Below are positions 51,742 to 64,000 of a stretch of DNA of 64,000 nt, in pieces. Below the pieces are notes generated by a model. The model saw only the letters and a list, made by a program, of their open reading frames with translations, was not told the origin of the DNA and made no database searches. Origin of the DNA: Tubulanus polymorphus. Its lineage: Eukaryota > Animalia > Nemertea. Location of the stretch: assembly GCF_964204645.1 (NCBI RefSeq), contig NC_134026.1:28182150-28246149 (forward strand), read 5' to 3'. Position 1 is the first letter of the stretch, and each line of letters opens with the position of its first letter. A program made the translations under genes and the position numbers.

Positions 51742-54700
51742 AGGCGTAAGAAACTAAGATTTAACTACGATCTGATACATGGGACGCAAAAGTATTCTAG
51801 AAACCAATTGACAATAGATGAATTTGACTTTTGCTCAGCGGCAAAATATCGTGTACGTGGAAGATATAGTTATCATCATATCTAATTCATTTCGGTGAAC
51901 TGAACAAAAATTGCGATATTGGAAGCTCATCGGAGGATTGACCGCGATTACATATCACGAGAAAAAAAAACACACGTGCGTCCTGCTTACTACCATCAAT
52001 TCATGTAGTAATCAGTTGTCATATGTGTGTTCGATGTGTCCGGTTTGTAAACCGTCGACTACGTTTTTCTGTCGTTTCCATTTCCCACGGGCGTCTAGTG
52101 TGGCCTGACCGATGCATAGATAGTACGGTAACGAGTCAACGTAATGGATGGACATCCGCGTTATCAATAAAATCATCAGCAACCGAAATAAGACGGATGT
52201 TGATGTAGTTAATGCCATGGGGCCAATTCGTGGATGAATAGTTAAAATGACTAAGTAAAGCGGACAAGCGAAAGATATATCTCACCCATGCCACCTGCCT
52301 GTCTGACGTGACATTTGAAATTACGCGTGTGCATGTACAGATTCCGTGCCGATTAAGAGTAATTTATGTAGTAATGAAAAGCTCGTGTTGTATGTGTACA
52401 TCATGACTGTCTTTCATTATCACTATATCATCAATAAAATACTAAATAGGATAAAAATCATTTCGAGGTCAGTGTAATCTAGAGAATAAAGAAAGATTTT
52501 GTGCATTTCCATTTCGTATTGTGTCTAAATTATTACATCGTGTTGCATTATTTCGTCTATGTCATTTAAATCTTGCACACCTCGCTTAACTAAAAGTTCT
52601 GTAGTAGCATTTTTCAGAATTATATTCAAAACGTCTGCGGTATTTAGACATTATCAAGCAATTTCTGAATGTAGAATTACAAACAAATATTCATGTAGCC
52701 AACTTGATATTTAAATATATATGTCACGTGTGATGCATCTGTTGCATCAGTTTTTTAAAGATGTTAATTTTTATGATGTATATACATGTATTAATAAAAG
52801 ACTGGTAGGACAGCATTCAGTATTAATTAAATCATGATTTCGGCTTGAATTGTAGATTTTATTTCTCTTCGTTTATCAAGTTTCCGACTCATCGATGACC
52901 TGCGGTGTCGTATTGACAATCAAATTCATGCAATGAACCCACAACTAAGTTATACTTTTATCCAAGGACAAAAAGATGTCGTCTGTAGATTTCCTGGTTG
53001 ATAATCTTTCGAGACCATCATAATGTATGGATGTACGTCTAAATTTGTGGGTAACGTGTGTTGGATCTATTTTCAAATTAGCCCTGTTTTTGACGGGTGG
53101 TAAAGGCGCAACCACTGTGAAAAGCTATGTTCAGGTGGCCTTTTGTCAAAGCGACAATTTACTCGATTTGAAGACGTTCAATTCCGGCTCTACATCAATT
53201 CCGTCGCCGTCTTTTCTTCTCTTTCAAAAAAATAATTTTGCGCCAGATTTTTTGGCTTTGTGTCTCGTTAAGAACGCGTTTGAGAGTTTAAATTAAATTG
53301 AATGAATGTCGTTCTAAAAAAAGAATTGTTCACCGCAAGTCTAGTCTATAATAAATTCCTAATGCATTAATTAGACACGGCAAGGATTATTCAATATATT
53401 AAAGGTTTGCCTGTTCGGTTTTATGTATATCTATTCAGTCGAACGCAAATATCCTCAGGAATTGTGACTCAATCGTTCTTCTTTTTGCACCATACACTTC
53501 TACGAAATTACAACCTTTTTCTCCAGCTACAATTATGGTTTGCTGCTCGTACAAAATACAATACCACACGTTTCTTATCAAATACAGAAATCTGTTTATC
53601 GGGCCATTTGTAAGCAACGTATTTCTGATCGCTAATGACGATATTCTGGTAAAAGTCGACGGTAATAATCCCCCGTGGGCAAAGACTTGAGCCTCGGCTA
53701 AATATGTCCCCACTTTGTGGTACGGTGGCTTTCGGAATCCGAAATATGTTTTATTGCTCTTTCAATGTCGATTATTAAAGCAAAGCACAATGCCGTAAAG
53801 TCGAGCCGAGAAGTTAACGCGATTTCAATGTTAAATAGGTAAACATTTCCCAAATATTCTTGCCTTTCATCGGAGGTATGAATTCGGAAGTTTTAATCCG
53901 ATTTAATAACCGACTGGGGGCTAAATGGCATCGTGATATGTAGAATATAAGCGGCTTTCACTGATTTCTTATGCTAATTTTCAATAGTGTTGGTTCGACG
54001 TGACTTGTCTTTACTTGACTTGAAAGATGTTTTACCACGATGTAGATCATCTGCGTGTCCTTTCGTGAGAAAAACATTTGAAAAGAAAAGTTTTAAAATC
54101 AGCGTGTTGTTGGTGGTAGTTGTATTGTTTAGTTACCGCAACCACAACAAAATATTTTCATTTCAGCAACATTTAATTCAACAACATCCTGCAACAAAGA
54201 TTTAATTACCAGATATCTTTCGACGCTGTTTGATAAAAGCCATAATATTCGAAGGGTGTAATAACAATGAAAGTAGTGGACAAGGGAAAAAAGGCGAACT
54301 GGATTAAAATTGAGAGTCAACCGTAAAATCCATTAGCGGATGGGTCAACACTTTTCAATGTTCAAAGTGTCTAGTTTGGCCCGCTATCAAAGATTGGATT
54401 AAGGTCATTAATATTCCGAATAATGTCATCGAAAACATTCATCATTCCCTCTTGTCAAAATCTGTATGGACATGGAAGAAAATAGTCGCTCCATTCCCAG
54501 CCGGTCCATTCAATGCGAGATCTGTTGTCGCTATATAAAATCATGAATTCTATTTCGAGCCGATAAAATCGTAATTAAAATCACGTTCTTCAATTTTCCG
54601 CCTCGTCTGACCGACACCAATACACGACTAATGATCAGATAAATGCGAAAACCCATCAACAGAAAATTGGACAAAGATTCCCGTGGATTTTATATGTGAT

Positions 54701-56679
54701 ATGATTTGTCTCTGTCAAAATTACTAATTTATTTCAGCGCAATCTCGAATAGCAGACCATTGCGTGGAGTGTCAGCATTTATGGAATATTGAGCAAGTAA
54801 ATCGGGTGTTTTACAGAAACATTAGTTTGACGAAATATTTTTCTGATCTATATCTGTACAAATGTAAATTCGTCAAATACAGGAACTTAATCGTTTATGC
54901 AAACAAAATGCGTGGGTATAAGTGTGCAACATGGAAATTCACTGAAAACTCAAGAGATTTAAGAATTCTTCTAAATGTCTCGGTTGATTTAGCTGTCAGT
55001 CGAGGTGAGTGGAGATATCTGCCAGCTCCAAGTATCCGTTGACCGGAACGTGCGGCTTAACGCAGCTGTACCCTCTTTAGAAGTCGTTGATTAACCAACC
55101 GAATGTTAATTTCTCGCCTGTAAGATATTTACTGACGGGCACTTAAGTCCCCGAATCATTAATTCAATTGACGCTGCTCATTTAATCCCGTATTCTTCCA
55201 CAATTTTATTCTGATTTGCTACATTTACATACCAAACATCTGGCGAGATTTTAACCTCGAGTCAAACGAATACATCACGCGAAGAAGGAGCCAAAAGAAA
55301 ATGCGCGATAAAAGCCTCTACGTCTTCACGTCAAAGTGAAATTCTCTTAGAAAAACTACTTATCCTTTCTTTCGCCGAAAAAGGGCGGAGTATTTTACAT
55401 TCCCAGAAATTGCAGTTTTTTCGCGTCGGCAATACACAAATAACGCCGCTCAATGTCGTTGAAAAGCCAGTTCCGATTACGAAAGGACTAGCGAGGAAAG
55501 CCAAATTATGGCTGAATTAAAAACATATCAATAAGGAATCGGCAAAATGAGAGTGAATGAAAAAGAAACGAAGCGAAAAGAAAAATCCGACGAAGAAAGG
55601 CGAACATTAGAATCAATCAGTCCATTTGGGGATAGCGTCACCCTTTTACATTTCTCCTCCAATTATAGACCAGTGAATGAAGATATCAGATTGGTTATTA
55701 GGCGATATCTTATTTCACAAGACTGCTAACTTAATATGACAACGCTGGATTAGTCGCGTATTCACCAATCAATGGATCAGTTATAGACATGTATAGATCC
55801 GACTGAAACTGTATTATCTCCGGGGCTGTGATCATCACCGTTAGTCGAGCCCCTTGTGGCTATGTTGTATCACCTACTCCAACCACGAATAGGTCAGATT
55901 TCCAAACGAGCCGTTTTCCCGGTCGATTGTTTGTCTGTGTTCTTATCACCTCGTCCAATTAGAAACCTAACCAAAATCCTTTCGATGTTTATAACGTTCT
56001 AATAAGAAAACGGATCCATTCGATGCCATTGAGGAGAAAGAGGATTATTCCATTCATCGAGGAATAGCTTGATAATGAATGATTTTTAAAAGAAATAAAA
56101 ATCCACGTTTACACTGCAGAAGTATCATATACTAGAACGAATGAATTCCACCAAGAGCCAAACAACATTCATATACTAAAATATGCGGTTTAAACTATTT
56201 TAATCGGATTTCTGCGAGTGAGTATATTCTGGTTAAACGACAGTAACAGTAGATGTAATGAAGATGGAAATAGTAAATACAATTCTCCATCAGGAATAAA
56301 TTCATAATTTGATAATATCCAGGATGGTGATTCCTTTGTCTGACAGGAAACTCCCGAGTGATTTGTCTTAAATATCTGCCCATCTGTTCTTATTAAAAAA
56401 AACTGGACAAGAGAATGGAATGGGATTAGTTGAGTACGTGGTAAATTTGCCCCCGTAAAAAGTGGGCGAGTCATTCGCTTTATTAATCATAGAATTACAC
56501 AACCGAACTACATAAATACACGTATCCTAATTTGAATCTAACCATTAAACTATCATCCACCAAGAAAACTAACTCGAAAATTTATTGGTGCCTCGAAAAA
56601 TAACATATAAATATTGCTTAATATTGCCTGAATGATACAACATAGGATAATACTGTATGTTATGGATCAATAAAGGTAT

Positions 56680-56990
56680 TCTGAATTGAATTTACTGGCA
56701 ACCAGTCTAGCCCTAATATTGATGACGTAGCGCACATCCACTCATACAATGTCCTAATTGGCATTGAAATATATCATCAACAAAACTAGAATATATATTC
56801 ATTCAATAGAAAATAAGAGTCATGAAATGTTATTTAATCACAAAATATACGCTAATGTTCACAATTGTAATTTACATTTTCGAACGCCCATATTGATGAC
56901 GTAGTGCACATCGACGGACACACCCTTTGAATAAAAGTAGTAATCAATAAATAAACCATTTTTGTATCAGCTTTTAATGGAGTCAAAAAC
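56680..56990 (+). repeat. Dispersed repeat homologous to ~28490-28705
   Basis: Shares ATTGATGACGTAG(T/C)GCACATC twice (56721-56735 and 56895-56909), upstream GAATTGAAT, and downstream CATTTTTGTA...TTTTA.GGAGTCAA with the 28.5 kb copy. Confidence 0.75.
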
Positions 56991-59900
56991 AATAATCTAC
57001 ATTATCCGGAACAAATAGAACAAAATGAAATAGACGGCAGCGTACGACGTCCTGAGGAGTTAGGCGGTATTTAAATTAGTCGGTTGGTCGGTAGATAAAG
57101 CAGTCACCAGCATTTATTGGATTGTAAATGCTCGGTTTAGCTCTTAATCAGTAAATGTCCTTACATCAATAGAATCAGAACATTAATTGTGTATTTCATC
57201 TCGTCGGTAAGGACTTCCTCTGGGTATAACGACAGTCGTGTGATCTCCTCATTCGTCTCTTCATCGCTAATATTCGCAATTTATAGAAGAATCCTGCGAA
57301 CAGCGTTGGGCGTTCTTCATTACGTATCAGATTCAGTTTCGCGTATGAATTAATTGTATATAAATGCATTCAAAAAGAAAGGTTTTCTGGCGAAATAAAA
57401 TATTGTTGATGTTAATGTCTCTAAAAGTTATTCGAAGACTTTCGGTCGAATTTCCGGTCATAGCGTCTGAAAAGGTCAATCAATTTTTCTAACTTCTCGA
57501 TGGGATGAACTGTTAAACGGTGTGGTATGTTGTGACGCTGTCAGCAATTTGTGGCTCTCGCCGTGTGTGTCGTTCAGGTGAATGAGATGATCGGCTTAGC
57601 ACTTTATCACCAGCTCGCAGAGTCAGCTAAAACGACACTTGATACCGAACAATTCATTGCGTCCACAATCTACCTTCAACACGCCTTCATATCGACCATT
57701 AATCGTGAATATTCCTCTAAATATAATCGCTTGGTTACAGCGCCAGTACAAACCGGAAGTATTTAGCGTTTTCTATGATAAATGTAGTCCGTAAATTTCT
57801 TGGTAACTTTGTGAGCATGTTTTACTCATTGAAGACATGCGTCGCCTCATACGATGGTTCTGTATTATCTTAAAGTTAATCGGTGGATTTCAAAAAGAAA
57901 GACGCTTTGCAAATAAATTATCTCTTCGTGATAAACTTGAATTAATGTTTTGAGCACGGTTCGCTTTCACTCATTGTTTATAAGGCATTAGGTGAAAAGT
58001 TTATTTTAGATGATTCTGAATGACTTCAAATCCTCTTAGATAGGCTTTAATTTAGGATTAAAAGAAGTAAGAGTAGATCATATTCTAATCAATGAAGCTT
58101 TAAACTAATGTCAGAATACTATTTGCGAGTAAAAGAGGGTACGATTTTTGATCGGATTTCATAATTAAAACATTAAAATTGCCTGATTCCTGGTTGAGAG
58201 TAATAATGCCGACTAATCCAGTATTATTATCTTAGTGGCTGATATCTTCATTCGAGTCATGTGCTCAAACCAATCTTAGAAAACATCCATCTATCGGTAT
58301 CGGTTCGTGTTCTAGTCTTATCAGTCAAATCACAATCAAGAATCCCGGCGAAGACGAAGCGCTTACTAGTGCAAATTAATTTCATTTCAAATTCTTTATG
58401 GAATTATGATTTGAATTGACAAAGTTTCCGTTAAATCGATACCGAATTCGACGTCGACGTCAAAAGCAAAGCGAGCGCCATTTCAGATTAATATTTAGTG
58501 TTATACGATTTGCCATGGGAATCCAATTGGTCGAATTTATGTGGCGCACGATCTGATTAGGTGAACATAAAACACTAAACTCTGTAAGATGGCAATAAAA
58601 AGGAACGCGCATCAAATTTATTCAATCGGATAAGTTCGTGGCTTAACGTTTTATGTTTTATAAAAGCGAGTTGTAAAAGTACGTAAGGTCGCACACTTCG
58701 CAAATAAGGAGCCTGTATCACGACCGTATTACCTTGTTCCATCAGTTTACTGTAGGATTATTAACTCAATTTCATTGCCAATAGCATTAATTGCGATAGC
58801 TGTCGCGTATAATTCTATCATCTCATTCGTAATTCTATAGCTCTGATTAATATTATCAAATATTTGAGTTGTAACTCATATAACCAGAGGACCAATTAGT
58901 CCATGCACAATGTAGTTCATCAAGTCAATAATTTCATATAAAGTAATAAAGTATTCGGTCTAAAATTATTAGTGTAAGATTTTGATATCGGGTCATAGTT
59001 TTGATCATCGACTCTTCTCATATTGGTGACGTGACATTCAATATTTCAATTCAAAAGAATGTCCAAAGCTTTCCAATATACAATGTAAAGAATGTATATT
59101 TCCCCTAAAACAATTCGACTCATTGACTCATGTTTTAAACCCGATCATGCGGGAACTGTCCGAGCGAAACTGTAATTCAACATCTCTCGGGACTCGTCCA
59201 ACCAAAACGGTAATTCTCGGTCGCTGGGGACCCGTCCAATGGTGCGTTAATGCTCCGGTTTGTTCGGCGAGTTAAGATGATAGATTTGCGGAGTCATGCA
59301 ATTCATCGGGCTAGAATAAATATCTTCGTGGTCGTAAGAGATGCGCAGCCATTTGTCTAAATGTTTTCGATTAGTTGACAAAACGTCCGATTCTGTACGA
59401 CAAAGACGGGGAATGGAGATGAATTTCTCATAAACTGACTAACGAATGTAACCGCCGTTCACAAGTGTCACGAGATAATCTTCTAAAGTGATAACTTGTT
59501 TCTCAACATCATAATACACAGCTTTTATAAAGAATATGGTCCATCATACAAAATAACAATAATCTCGAAGTTTATTCTACAGTCATTAAAGGACCCAGCT
59601 CCAAAGCGCGGTCGGTATATATCTTTCGATTACTATAAATCGTATAAATCATATTCAGCTCCAACACGTGGAAACGGCATCTGAAAAAGTATTCCTGGCA
59701 AGTCAGGTTTCTCAGTTGATATCATTTCAGAAAAAGCTTACATGTCGATGCGTTCAATCGTTAACTGAAATTTAGCTACAGTTTGTGCCGCAATCTATTT
59801 TCTAAAGAGAGTGTACATGCCACATCAAATCATCAGTTATTAAGTGTTTTCCAATTTTGTCGAACTGCAAAGTTGATTTACCTCAACATTGTCAGGTTAC

Positions 59901-62125
59901 GATGAATAATCCGCCCCAGGAAATCAAATCATAAAGTAATTTGCCGACAGTTTTTTTGAACAATGAATGCGTAATACATCCCACGGGAATCTGGAACGGG
60001 GATATATCTGACTATTTGTTGTAGGCTGATATTCTAGTCGATATATAGGCATAAAAAGATTACTATTTCCGAACTAGTGAAAGAAGTGTCAATTTTATAC
60101 GCCACAAGCTTACACAAAGTCTCTTATAGCCCTGTGTCCATATGTCTACTGCCTACTTTATCATATACAAAAAGCCATTTTCTTACTGTTTTCTACTGGG
60201 ACCTGAAGCCGAAGACCATTTTACAAATCCAATTTTCATATTAATTGGCTACGTTTGAGGAGCATCGACCCGGCTCCCATGAGGTCGCGTTATGACATGT
60301 AGTTGACAGTATCATTTTCTGCTCGCTGGAGTCGAGTTGCTCACGAACCGGACTATAATTGATGGCTCAACAAACCTAATGGAATATAGTGTTGACTTGG
60401 GTGGCTACTAAAACATATTATCGTTCATCTCTATGCACTAAAAATGTAAAATGTAATTATAACCTTCTCAAAGTATTATAATCTTTCAAATATTGTAGAA
60501 CGGCGCCATGTAAATATATATAATAACCGAGTGGGGATCTTTTTCTTATGTCTGAATTGAAAAAGTTACCAAAAATACAATAGATTATTTCAACTTGTAT
60601 AAAATTCTCAGTGAAACTTTGAAGGCCTAATAATAAGGTTCTACGGCTTTCGCGGCATAACTTTAAAATGCAGTAAGCAAGTTGATATATTTCCGAGAAG
60701 ACTCGTCATAACGATGATAAACTATAAACGGCGCAGTCCCAGTGGTGCGCTCAGATGTGCGATTTTTCAGCGGCATTATCCGCCATGTAATGAGGGCCAA
60801 AAGGTCTCCCTGCGTCTTCGAGCTGATAAATTAATTTCTCCACGCATAGCGCCGATTCGCTAGCGCCGATTTATTGACATTATATGAAAGCATCGTTTGT
60901 CGAATGTTCGGTTAATTTAGAGGATGCGGTTTTACAACTGTCATTAAAGACGCAATTCGACGGTTTAGAGTGATTGAGTCTGATTAATCGAAACTAAATT
61001 ATCTGCTGTTAGAAATTACTCGTATCTCGTGTATATAGCATGCCCCCTCCCTTTAAAGTTGTTGTCATTTACTCGCAAAAATACCATCTATTTTTCAAAA
61101 TGACAACGATTTTCATTTGAAAATTGCGATGGTAGATTTCCTTCTCCGCTAGACATCATATTTTTTACAACTGTTAGTTCGATAAAGTAACCTCGATTGA
61201 TTAATCTGGTGTTTGTGAAAATACAATTATTCGCCGAGCTTATCAAGACTCGGCGCCGTTTGGACGACAGTTCGAAAGAAAAATGACTTAGAAACTGTCG
61301 TTTTATCTTGATCATCGGCGAAACTGACAAATAAAGCAGTTTGTCAGATACAAAAGGATTTGTAGAAATTCTAATCATATTTGTAGTTGATGGAGCGTGA
61401 AATTCTTCTCAGAAGATTAACGAAGTTTCATCATTAGAGCCGGCAAAATGAACGATGGAACTTTACTGAAATACAATCGATGACATTCAAAGAAAACATT
61501 CCAATTCAAATTCAACTAAATGATTTTCCACATTCTCAAAGATCATTTGATTTATGTAAGTTGAATTGAATCTGTTGTTGTCGTTATTGTAAGAAACGTT
61601 GGTCATCGTGCTGCTGAGAATCTGAGAGAAGTTCTCATTGATAATCGTCAGTTTATAGCGACTGACGTGTAGTGTTATTTTCCAGTTGTCCGAGAGTTTG
61701 TGTTTGTGTCGGCGGTAATGTATTTATCGCCGCATCTTCAATTTGGTCTGGATCGATTTATGAAGACTTTGACGGTCTTTGTAAGGCTGTATTGATTCAC
61801 GTAAGCCGGGCATAATCCGGCGAATCTCGCCACTCGATCTGCCGTAATGGAAAGAGACGAATATGAATTGTGTATAATGATGTTATCGATGGTTAGTCGT
61901 TTAAGCAAGAGAGCCCGGGGATGTCTTTGTGTAACCGCCGTCGCGTAAACCAATCGCGCAAATGATAAACCTTGATTAAGCCGCACCAGACTGCGCATAA
62001 TTTTGCCCTGTTCATGGCGGCCCCGTTACCTCCGTAGACGATCAAGAAAATCTGAAACAAAAAAGCGTCATCTCCCTTATTCAAAAGTTTTCACACGGTA
62101 ATCTTGGGAAACTCCTTTCACTAAT

Positions 62126-62136
62126 GCGCCATCTTT
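62126..62136. promoter_or_regulatory. YY1-like element in the MRPS26 promoter
   Basis: GCGCCATCTTT (reverse complement AAAGATGGCGC) about 210 bp upstream of the MRPS26 ATG; typical of housekeeping promoters. Confidence 0.4.
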
Positions 62137-62344
62137 GTGAATCGCCAGACACTAAAAACCTTACGCCATGCACGGACCCGCCAGTCTACCATACAAACTA
62201 CGTGTAATTTTGCTTGTAACCAAACATTGTGTACTTCAAACCAGTGTCTTCGTAACCGTACTCCACACTGTACTAAATATCGAATTGTTCTCATTTTTGC
62301 ATTTTGGTATTTATTTGCTATTTCTATGGTATTCTGAGAACGGG

Positions 62345-63789
62345 ATGTCAAGTTTAACGGGAAAATTCGTGTGCGAAACGTTAAATCAACGTCTAAAATT
62401 TAAAACAGTGTTAAACACGTCCGTACGGTGGCGTAAACCGATGCACTTGCCGAGAGCTAAAACTAAATTTTTCGTCGTTAGAGAAGTTACCCCCGAGGAT
62501 CCAGAGGAACGAGCACAGTTGAAAAAGTTGTACGATCATTACAGAACGTATATGAAGTCAATCGGGTGAGTAATCTGTAATCGTACGATGCGAAATGTTA
62601 GTAGCAGAGAGCAGGGTGGACGAGGAGTCTTCCATACTGATCTGCCATCTGGGTCCAGTTCCACAGTTGTGAGTTAAGATTTAACCCTGGGTTAAAACAT
62701 TGAAAATGAACTAACTTTAACTCTGAGTTAACTCTAACTCACAACTGTGGAACTGGGTCCTGGTCTTTTATATACACTTCATAGACTATGACTATACATT
62801 GATTTCAATTCTGATATTCGGTTTCGCTATTATAGTCTAAAAATAGTCAATGAATCGCAAGTTATTCGAACTATAACAAAGGCGGATTAGGGTAGACTGC
62901 CCCACCCCCTTAAAAATTGAAATGTGCCCTCCAAATCGTCTGGAAATTTTGTTCTCGCGAAGAAATTTTTTCAAATGATGAGATGATACCAAGTGGACCT
63001 AAATTTCTATGGAAGGTCCCCTGGACCAACACCAATGTTCGGGCTTGCAGCCTTGCATTGCCGAATTTGCCCTTCTCATATTTAGTGCCTATTCTAATTA
63101 TCAGGTCAACCCCTTTCAAATAATCCTAGATCCACCCTTTTAATAAGAGGTGACAATAAGTAACAATTTTTTATTTGAGGTTACACCTATCTGAAGAAAT
63201 TGCAGCACAAGAAAAGGAACAAGAATTTGGTTTAGCTGCTGCTGAAGATGAAGCTGAAGAGGCAAGACTGATGGAACTAAATGATTTATGGAACAATAAG
63301 ATAAAAACAGAAAGGTTAGAATGAGGGTGGAGAATCAAACACATTTAGTATAAAAAGGATACTTAAAAAGTGAGTTGTTTTCTTATTTCAGAGAAGTGCA
63401 ATTTGCGCATGACATTATTGATTTCTATAAAGACCGGCAAAAAAATTCAACGTGGTTCAATGAAAACTTAATCAAAAATGTTCAAGAAAAGGAAGATGAA
63501 GTCGACCTATTAAAGGTAGAGATAGTCAATGGATCATTACTGTTCTTACAGTATTCTTTGAAATATTGAATTTTTGAAATATTTCCTCGATTTTTTTTCG
63601 CAGGAGGATGCTGGTTCTTTCATTACAATGGAGACATTAGACGCTGAAATTGAGAAACTTTTGGACTCAGACCCAGTGTCTTATAATTTTGCCTTGGATA
63701 CTGATGGCTCTGTACTTGTTGATGACGTCAATAAACCATATCATAAACTGTCACCAGAAAATTCTCAAAATCTATCGATCCATAATTGA
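62345..63789 (+). CDS. MRPS26: Mitochondrial small ribosomal subunit protein mS26 (~221 aa)
   Basis: Exons 62345-62565 (basic presequence, then VRWRKPMHLPRAKTKFF...YRTYMKSI), 63180-63314, 63392-63515 and 63604-63789 (FITMETLDAEIEKLLD...YNFALDTDG). Phases are consistent and AATAAA lies directly downstream. Confidence 0.92.
62652..62759. mobile_element. MITE with ~25-bp TIRs and CTG target-site duplication (PIF/Harbinger-like) in MRPS26 intron 1
   Basis: CCAGTTCCACAGTTGTGAGTTA ... TAACTCACAACTGTGGAACTGG form perfect inverted arms; CTG on both flanks (62649-62651 and 62760-62762). Confidence 0.85.
62879..63139. mobile_element. Degenerate non-autonomous DNA transposon (hAT-like termini) in MRPS26 intron 1
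   Basis: AAGGCGGATTAGG ... CCTAGATCCACCCTT imperfect terminal inverted repeats; internal repeated TGCCC(T) motifs; no clear TSD. Confidence 0.5.
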
Positions 63790-64000
63790 ATAAATCATCA
63801 AAATTGTCAGAAATGTACATAACAATAAAGAGTTCGTTATAATTAAAAGTTCTTTAGGGTTAATCGTTACAAAGGAGAATTTTCCGTTATTCGTTGAGCT
63901 TTGATGGACCAAGATTGATAGAATATGAGATATCGACGAATTCAAGTTCTGGAATTTCTCATTTGATGGCGCTTGTCAAACGGGAAATTGGAACCTAAAT

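Noticed and set aside
51742-52800. miR-124 target site in the bHLHe22 3' UTR
   Set aside because: No GTGCCTT or TGCCTTA seen by eye, only GTGCC; direct targeting is unsupported.
28523-56909. GATGACGTAGTGCAC direct repeats as a CRISPR-like array
   Set aside because: Only two pairs 28 kb apart with irregular spacing, no cas genes and a eukaryotic context.
61738-62351. Divergent minus-strand ORFs upstream of MRPS26 suggesting a bidirectional partner gene
   Set aside because: No recognisable protein or downstream exons; the YY1-motif ATG reads only MAH-stop.
63942-63994. Possible last exon of a convergent minus-strand gene at the window edge (GSNFPFDKRHQMRNSRT-stop)
   Set aside because: Too short and truncated by the window boundary to support.

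Overview
AT-rich, intron-containing genomic DNA of a bilaterian invertebrate. The basis is GT-AG introns, miR-124 and a Beta3/bHLHe22 orthologue; the phylum cannot be determined from this window. Most ORFs in the supplied track are spurious, so genes were reconstructed by hand from splice sites. From 5' to 3': (1) the 3' half of a cyclic-nucleotide-gated channel gene (+, 15-8460) with two apparently mutually exclusive C-helix exons and a C-terminal PDZ ligand; (2) a ~26 kb stretch with no supported protein-coding gene, containing a mir-124 hairpin (30596-30679); (3) a ~12 kb accessory block with two tandem ~420-aa atypical cysteine-dioxygenase-like cupin genes, each followed by a convergent, synonymously conserved 23-codon micro-ORF, then an intronless tail-anchored KASH-like protein and a secreted CUB-CUB-CCP-CCP-EGF-FN2-FN2 protein (both -); (4) an intronless bHLHe22/Beta3/Oli gene (+, 51058-51741); (5) MRPS26 (+, 62345-63789) with two MITEs in intron 1. 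Most notable are the mir-124/bHLHe22 linkage (recalled also from vertebrates) interrupted by the accessory block, the duplicated cupin plus micro-ORF unit, the KASH-like protein and the CNG exon switch.
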